Assembly (NCBI GenBank): GCA_965215005.1
Contig: CBDCCZ010000014.1
Span: 1-64,000 of the forward strand
Source: Kofleriaceae bacterium
Lineage (GTDB): Bacteria > Myxococcota_A > Polyangia > Haliangiales > Haliangiaceae
Length of the DNA stretch: 64,000 nucleotides
Reading direction: 5' to 3'
In this document: one piece after another, positions 56,184 to 64,000 of the stretch
Numbering within the stretch: position 1 is the first letter of the stretch
How the letters are laid out: each line of letters opens with the position of its first letter
The notes under the pieces: generated by a model
Database searches by the model: none
Seen by the model: the letters and a program-made list of their open reading frames with translations, nothing else
Told to the model about the DNA's origin: nothing
Program-made: the position numbers and the translations under genes

Positions 56184-56423
56184 ACGTCTCTCGCTGCTGA
56201 GGTTCATGGGTGTCGCGCGGTGGTCTGCAACGACAGGACCAAACTCGAGCGTCGAGAATGACAACAAATCGTGAGGAGCTCTGCGCAGTTAGGTGACAGC
56301 GCGGGAACCACCGGCGAGCACGATCGAGACGCTGCCCCCGGCGCTGTGGCGGCTTGCCACGAGCGCCTCCCGGGCTCGGGAGCCCCGCGGAGAAGGGTCC
56401 GCGCAGGCGGGCGCTGGCCCTTG

Positions 56424-58187
56424 CTACTCGATCGGCACGACGCGCTCGGTCCACTGGGCAATGTGGTTGCTGGTCTCGATGTTCTGAAATGGCAGGCGGA
56501 ACGCAGGGGCACTGACCGCACCAGAAGCGGCGCGAGCGGGAAAGAACGGCGCCATCCAAATCTGCGGCCGCCCCTCGCCCAGGCGCACTCCAAAGGCCCG
56601 CTTGGACGAGAACGTGAGCCAAAACAGGGGCTCGGCCGCTTCGCCTTCGCCGTAGACCTGCTCGAACGGAGCCCAACGCACCCAAGAGTTGGTGAGCCCG
56701 GGGGCTTCATTGGGCGCTTCGAGCTTGATCGGCGGAACCGAGCCATCGGCTTTGACCACCCACAGCTCGGCAGACGCATCGTCGTAAGCATCCTCGTTGG
56801 ATTTGTTGAAGGCCACCCACTGGCCATCCGGTGACCAGGACGGGTAGTAGAGGTTCTGCGCTTCGGCATCCACTAGCGGCGTCGGCGCGCCGAAGGCAGC
56901 GGTCGCGGGATCGAAGCTGGCGGTCATGATGCGGCCGCCGGTGAAGGTCCAGTCGTTGGTGAACGTCGCGGCATCGGCAACCTCGACGAACACGATTGCG
57001 TCGCCGTTGGGCGAGAAGTCGGGGTGCGTGGCGCGGGCGACGCCCTCTACGGTGGAAACCGCCGTGCCGGCCACGTCGCGCAGCGTCAAGACGCCCTCTG
57101 AGCTGGTGACGATCCGCTCCGCCCCCGGCTCGAAGGTGGCAAAGTTCCACCGCAGCGCCTGCGCCGCGCCGACGATGGGCGTGCGGGTGGCGACGTCGAG
57201 AATCCAGCCCGGTCCGCCGCCGCCGGCGAGGGTGATGGCCATCGTACCGCCATCTCGAGAAAGCACGTGGCACGCGACGCAGCGTTGATTGGCGGGAACA
57301 TCCGGAGGAAGCTGCGGCGGGGTGTAGAACTCCTCAGCGGCTTCGCCCGGCCGCCCCATGTCATGGCGATAGATGCCTTCAGGGGTTGCCCCCGTGGCGG
57401 ACGCCGCCGCCCAATAGTAGAGGCCACCCTCGATGTTCTGGCTGGAGAGCGCGACCTCCACCGAGGTCGAGCGTCCAGCGGTGGTCGGATTGGCCGTCGA
57501 AAGACCGCGCACCGCCACCTGGAACGATTCGCCCGCGGCGGACGCAGCAATCGTTGCCCACTCCTCGGTCAGCACGCTTAGCCACGCGGCCGCGCCCGGC
57601 GCCCCCGTGGTGTAGGCGCGAAGGTCGAGGAACTCGGTGGCGAGTCGCAGCTCGTAGAGATCGAGCGCGCCGGCGCTGGTCCAGTGGACTTCGAAGTCGC
57701 CAAGGTTGAGCGGCATCACCGAGCCCGCGGCGGGATAGACGATGGTGGGCGCCATGGCCGGGTCGTCGGTGGCGTTGTCGAAGAGGGTGCGAGCGTCGGC
57801 GGGAGCGCCATCGACGATGCGCGTCTGCTCGACCCGAACGGTTACCGCGGCGGTGCCAAACTCGCCATCGACGGTGGCGGCGACCTCGCCGCGTCCGGCA
57901 GCGCGACCCGCCGCTTGCAGAGAGGTGCCGTCAAACGAGCCGAGCTGCGGCCGGTCGATGGTGAAGCTCGCCTCGGCCGTGACGTCTTCCGTGGAACCAT
58001 CGGCGTGGCGCTTCGTGACGGTGAAGGCTTGCTCAACCACCATGCCGTCGACCACGACCAGGGTTGCATCCGCCGGCTCGATGACCAGCGTCTCTACGCC
58101 CGCATCACCAGCGCCAGACGCGCCGTCCTGACCTCCGCAGGCGACCACGAGGAGAGAACATGCAAAAAGCGGGTAAAGAGCGCGCAT
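56424..58187 (-). CDS. TolB-like beta-propeller lipoprotein
   Basis: Lipobox VVAC, HPDFSPNG, YPSWSPDG, WLTFSSKR, CVACH. Confidence 0.87.
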   Translation of the reverse strand: MRALYPLFACSLLVVACGGQDGASGAGDAGVETLVIEPADATLVVVDGMVVEQAFTVTKRHADGSTEDVTAEASFTIDRPQLGSFDGTSLQAAGRAAGRGEVAATVDGEFGTAAVTVRVEQTRIVDGAPADARTLFDNATDDPAMAPTIVYPAAGSVMPLNLGDFEVHWTSAGALDLYELRLATEFLDLRAYTTGAPGAAAWLSVLTEEWATIAASAAGESFQVAVRGLSTANPTTAGRSTSVEVALSSQNIEGGLYYWAAASATGATPEGIYRHDMGRPGEAAEEFYTPPQLPPDVPANQRCVACHVLSRDGGTMAITLAGGGGPGWILDVATRTPIVGAAQALRWNFATFEPGAERIVTSSEGVLTLRDVAGTAVSTVEGVARATHPDFSPNGDAIVFVEVADAATFTNDWTFTGGRIMTASFDPATAAFGAPTPLVDAEAQNLYYPSWSPDGQWVAFNKSNEDAYDDASAELWVVKADGSVPPIKLEAPNEAPGLTNSWVRWAPFEQVYGEGEAAEPLFWLTFSSKRAFGVRLGEGRPQIWMAPFFPARAASGAVSAPAFRLPFQNIETSNHIAQWTERVVPIE

Positions 58188-58400
58188 GAGGTCCTTTGGC
58201 GAAGCCGAGAAAATGCCGAGCGTGGAAGGTAACACAGGGGCACGGCTTCGCCGACGCCGATCTTTGCTAGCAGAAGGCGAGGTTCTGCGCCCGTGACGCA
58301 AGCGAAGGCTACTCGCCCAACGGCGGCAAACACCGCTCAGCAACCGCTGTGAGCCAAACCACGACGGTTGCACGAATCGCTGCGAGGCGCTCGGGGACGT

Positions 58401-60443
58401 TCAACGCGCGGTCAGCACCATGAACTGACGAGGCAAGAGCGATACCTCGCCGCCCTCGATCGTCGTATTGGTCATCTGGTCCATGTAACTGCCTACGGGC
58501 ACGCTCACGACGCGCGCATCATCGGCGCGATTGATGGCAACGATGACCTCTTCGAAGGCCGCGCCGCAGCCGCCCATTCGATACACCCACGTGTCGCCGC
58601 TCACCGAAAGGGTCGTCCGCGCCCCGCGACCGAGTGCCTGGTAGGTTGCACGCAGGTGGGCAAGGCGCTTCACCGCGCTGCGTAGCGCTCGCTGGTGCGG
58701 GTTCAACGTCGAGTCGTCCCACGGCATCATCCGCCGGTTGTCGGGATCGCCGCCACCGGCGAGTCCGATCTCGTCGCCATAATAGATGAGGGGGATGCCG
58801 GGATTGGTGAGCATGACGGCGAACGCCAGCGCCAGCCGTTCGTAGGGAACGGCATCGGTCGGTTGGGCAAAGCTCGCCTGCCACGCGTTGCCGGCATGGC
58901 TGCCTTCCGTGCAGTTGCCAAACGTCCAGTCGGCGAAATGGATGGCGCGTGGGATGTCGTGGTTGCCGATCCAAGTCGTCATGATGGCGGCGCGATCATC
59001 GCGGTCGTAAAATCTATCGTTGCCGCGCAAGAATGCATCGAGGCTCGCGAGTCCGCCGGCGGGACTGAACACCGCTTCGCAGAGCTGCCGTTTCAATGGA
59101 AAGTCGAACTGCCCGTCGAGCATGGTGTCCGGATCGATGAAGCGCTTGAGCAAGTCGCGATCGAAGTAGTCGAAGGTTTCGCCCACTAGATAGAAGCGGT
59201 CGCCGTCGGGGCCGCTGAGCTCGCGATTGAGCCGAGTGCGCAAGTCCGTGAGCCAAGCGAGCGGCACATGCTTGATGGCATCGAGCCGATAGCCATCGAT
59301 GCCATACTCTTTGGCCCACCAGATGGCATCACTCACCGACCAAGCCCGAGCTCGGTCATTGTAGAGGTCGAGCGGCGGCAGATACTCGGTGAACGCGCAC
59401 CGCGTTCCCCAGTACGCATCGTCCCAACAGGAGCCGCCGCCGCAGTCTTCGCCGCACAACCGAAAGCGATCGCCATCGTAGGCGAACCACTCGGGATGCG
59501 CGCTGAAGACGCCGCTTTGCGCATCGACGTGATTCATTACGTAATCGAACAGCACCTTGATGCCGTGGCCGTTGGCGCTGCGGGCGGCGTGCGCGGTATC
59601 GACCAGGGCGTGCAAATCGCGGTCATCACCGATGCGCGATTCCACCGCCGGTCGCGGGCTTGGCGCATCGGGATCGGCATAACTGATGTTCGCCGGTGAC
59701 GGCCAATAGCCGTGGTAGCCGGAGTATTGCTTATTGTCGCTGATGCCGGCGCCCGCGCTATCGCGATTCTCGAAAGGCGCCGAGAGCCACAGCGAGGTAA
59801 CCCCGAGGTCCACCAGATACGGCAGCTTGGCGCGTACGCCGGCGAGGTCGCCGCCTTCGTATTGCCCACTCGAGCCGCGCGCCGCGTCGCCATCGGTTAC
59901 TCCAGGCACCGGCGAAGCCTGCCCATCGCTGTCAAAGAATCGGTCCGTCATCGCGAAGTACATGACGGTGTCGCGCCAATCGAAGTCCTGGGGTGCGCCG
60001 CAGCTGGCGGCTCTATCCTCGCAGCGATACACGCTATTGAATCCGCCATAGCCATCGTCTTCGGCGTCGGGATTGCTCGTATCGGACAGCCACTGGCCAT
60101 CGACGATGAGCTTGTAGCGATGGATGCCCGCGGCGAGAGCGGCCTCGAGCTCCCAGACCGCGCCGCGCAGCGTCATCGGCAAAGCGCCTTCGGCAATCGT
60201 GGCGGCCCACGGCACCGGCTCGGTAAAGGAGCCGGTTACCAGCACCTCGGCGGCCGTTGCGTAACCGGACAGTCGCAGCGCCAGCTCGCACCCCGGGGTT
60301 TCGTCCGGGTCCGTCGGCGCTGCGTCAACGCCCGGGTCAGGTTCCACGCCAGCGTCGGACTGCTCCGCGGAGGTGCCAGCGCACGCCGCCGCCAACAAGG
60401 TGAGTAAACAAACAGCGACGTCTCCTATGGGCGCGCAGCGCAT
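58401..60443 (-). CDS. GH13 alpha-amylase-family lipoprotein with CBM48-like domain
   Basis: Lipobox AAAC, YKLIVDGQW, DYVMNH, DGYRLDAIKH, VGE, NHD, PDNRR. Confidence 0.93.
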   Translation of the reverse strand: MRCAPIGDVAVCLLTLLAAACAGTSAEQSDAGVEPDPGVDAAPTDPDETPGCELALRLSGYATAAEVLVTGSFTEPVPWAATIAEGALPMTLRGAVWELEAALAAGIHRYKLIVDGQWLSDTSNPDAEDDGYGGFNSVYRCEDRAASCGAPQDFDWRDTVMYFAMTDRFFDSDGQASPVPGVTDGDAARGSSGQYEGGDLAGVRAKLPYLVDLGVTSLWLSAPFENRDSAGAGISDNKQYSGYHGYWPSPANISYADPDAPSPRPAVESRIGDDRDLHALVDTAHAARSANGHGIKVLFDYVMNHVDAQSGVFSAHPEWFAYDGDRFRLCGEDCGGGSCWDDAYWGTRCAFTEYLPPLDLYNDRARAWSVSDAIWWAKEYGIDGYRLDAIKHVPLAWLTDLRTRLNRELSGPDGDRFYLVGETFDYFDRDLLKRFIDPDTMLDGQFDFPLKRQLCEAVFSPAGGLASLDAFLRGNDRFYDRDDRAAIMTTWIGNHDIPRAIHFADWTFGNCTEGSHAGNAWQASFAQPTDAVPYERLALAFAVMLTNPGIPLIYYGDEIGLAGGGDPDNRRMMPWDDSTLNPHQRALRSAVKRLAHLRATYQALGRGARTTLSVSGDTWVYRMGGCGAAFEEVIVAINRADDARVVSVPVGSYMDQMTNTTIEGGEVSLLPRQFMVLTAR

Positions 60444-60497
60444 TGAGATCAAGGCAGCTCCTCTCGCGTCCAAAGACGCAGCGTGTGCTGCCGTCAA

Positions 60498-60513
60498 TCC
60501 AAGCGCCGTGCCA
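60498..60513 (-). promoter_or_regulatory. Possible sigma54 promoter of the amylase gene
   Basis: TGGCACGGCGCTTGGA on the minus strand, about 55 nt upstream of the ATG; -12 is GG rather than GC. Confidence 0.45.
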
Positions 60514-60732
60514 GCAAGACTTGAACGCTGCGCGCAGTCAACGGCGTGTTGCGCGCCGCGACGGACGCACCTGACGGCGTTGACGAATGCAACCTCGTGC
60601 GCCATGCAGTCACAGAGCCAGCGATGGCGCGGCTCAAGCTTGCGCATGCTCTTCGAGCGCCGCGCGGCTCACCTCGTGTGCGCACGGCAGTGTCGCATCA
60701 GCCGCAGACCACGCGGCTACAGGCAAGCGAGG

Positions 60733-61383
60733 CTATTGCTCGCCGGGGGCGACCTCGTCGCTGCTCGGGCGGGCGCTTACCTCGACCTTGGCCGCGTTTC
60801 GCTGGGCTCCGCGTTCCGCCGCCGGTAACAAGGCGACCTCCAGCTGGCCGAGCCGCTCGAGCTCATCGAGGGCGTTGAAACCGCCGATGAAGTCGCCGCG
60901 AACGAACACGTACGGGACCGTGTTCTGCTTGGTTTCAGCCACGAGGCGGGTCTCGAAACGCGACGCCAGCTCGTCATCGTCGAGGTCGACGTAGTCATAG
61001 TCGACCTTGCGCTTCTCGAGCAGCGTGATCGCCCTGCCCGTCCACGGGCACGAGGTGCGTCCGTAGATCTGCGCCGAGAGCTCGGGGTTGCCGAGGGCAT
61101 CGTCTGCGACCGCAACAGAGGCCCCCGGAGCCGGAGCCATTGCCGCCGCGTGCGCCGCCGCCGCCGCGCTGGCAACCTCACCGTCCTGGCGCGAATGGTA
61201 GTCCTTACCGCGCGCCGCATCGACCTTCTTGCGCAGCGCGACGTATCGAGGATCGCGCAAGACCTTGTCCTGGATGAAATCGCGGACCTCGCCGCCGACC
61301 TCATCGGCGCGGTTGAACGCGGCGACGAGACCGGTCGCGGTACGGTGAAGGGCCTTGCGGCCATAGCGGGCAATGGACTCCAT
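60733..61383 (-). CDS. Monothiol glutaredoxin-domain protein
   Basis: IYGRTSCPWT, TVPYVFVRGDFIGG. Confidence 0.85.
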   Translation of the reverse strand: MESIARYGRKALHRTATGLVAAFNRADEVGGEVRDFIQDKVLRDPRYVALRKKVDAARGKDYHSRQDGEVASAAAAAHAAAMAPAPGASVAVADDALGNPELSAQIYGRTSCPWTGRAITLLEKRKVDYDYVDLDDDELASRFETRLVAETKQNTVPYVFVRGDFIGGFNALDELERLGQLEVALLPAAERGAQRNAAKVEVSARPSSDEVAPGEQ

Positions 61384-61393
61384 CGGCGGCACC

Positions 61394-61948
61394 TTAGCGG
61401 TCGCCTGAGCCGTGATCAACGGGGCGCGACCACACCCGCGACACCAGCTCGCCGCGGCCCTGCAGGTCGACGAGCTCCCGGCGACCACCCACGCACTCGC
61501 CTGCAATGAACACCACCGGCAGCTCGCGGCCACCGCTATCGCGCGCCACGGCCTCGGTCGTGGCCTCATCGTCTTCGACGTTCCGAACCTCGTACGGCAC
61601 CGCCACGCTCTGCAACAGCTCGCAGATCGCGTCGAGCTCGCGGCGGTACTTGTCTTTGTGAAACACCACCACCGGCGCCGCCTCCGGATCCGCGGCGACG
61701 TCGACTTGGCTGCGCTGCGCGATAACCGCCTCGAGAGCGCGACGCTCGGCCAGCTCCTCCTGGGAGCACAGCGGCCGACCGAGGCGATCATTGGCAAACC
61801 GTACCGCCGCCTTCGACCACCGCAATGGCGGCAGTCGGTCGCCGCGACGCGACGCGACGAGTTGAAAAACGCCCGCGCGCAGACGGTCGAGGATCGCACT
61901 CGCGGGCCCCGCGTCGGCCGAGGAAACATCGATGACTGGTTCGGACAC
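61394..61948 (-). CDS. Glutaredoxin-fold protein lacking the active-site Cys
   Basis: PVVFIAGECVGG motif; VVFHKDKYRR in place of CxxC. Confidence 0.75.
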   Translation of the reverse strand: MSEPVIDVSSADAGPASAILDRLRAGVFQLVASRRGDRLPPLRWSKAAVRFANDRLGRPLCSQEELAERRALEAVIAQRSQVDVAADPEAAPVVVFHKDKYRRELDAICELLQSVAVPYEVRNVEDDEATTEAVARDSGGRELPVVFIAGECVGGRRELVDLQGRGELVSRVWSRPVDHGSGDR

Positions 61949-62022
61949 GAAGACTCCTCGGGAGGCCGGCGGCCACGCCCGTTGATGGCGCGCACCGCCG
62001 GCGGCGGCTACTCACGGCACTC

Positions 62023-62057
62023 ATTGGTGACAGGGGCAGACCGCCCCCGTCACCAAT
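62023..62057 (-). terminator. Strong stem-loop after the dehydratase gene
   Basis: ATTGGTGACAGGGGC-AGACC-GCCCCCGTCACCAAT. Confidence 0.65.
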
Positions 62058-62071
62058 CCCGTGGTGCGTTC

Positions 62072-63919
<1,848 letters not shown>

Positions 63920-63942
63920 TGGAACAGTTCCTCCTCGGGGGC

Positions 63943-64000
63943 CTACTGCAGAACAGCGAGAGACGACGACCGACGACCGGCCTTCGACGACGTTAAGGGT
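63943..64000 (-). CDS. 3' end of the upstream gene (runs off the window)
   Basis: Open frame PLTSSKAGRRSSSLAVLQ* ending just before the RBS of the next gene. Confidence 0.5.
   Translation of the reverse strand, partial: PLTSSKAGRRSSSLAVLQ

Overview
High-GC chromosomal window. Its gene content (Ser/Thr kinases, PilZ proteins, sigma54 regulators, Cys-lipobox VWA and TolB-like lipoproteins) points to a myxobacterium (Myxococcota, Haliangium/Kofleriaceae-like); this taxonomy is inference. The backbone carries trkA-trkH, a THUMP methyltransferase coupled to a MutH-like nuclease, two diheme cytochromes c, a TPR-kinase/sigma54 regulator/pspA/mch operon, tmk, yicC-gmk-rel, a binding protein-kinase-sigma54 regulator triad, an aldehyde dehydrogenase, a GH13 amylase, glutaredoxins and a 2-hydroxyacyl-CoA dehydratase-like gene. 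An accessory patchwork of about 11 kb (~7.0-18.3 kb) holds three broken, partly nested copies of a single-ORF IS66-family element. That element appears to carry a convergent passenger gene for a small winged-helix-like protein. Also in the patchwork are foreign cargo blocks with truncated neighbour genes, a decayed Cas4/RecB-like nuclease and an intact HEPN-motif gene. No rRNA, tRNA or CRISPR array was seen. Several single-base frameshifts in backbone genes may be sequencing errors. All family assignments come from motif recognition, not database searches.
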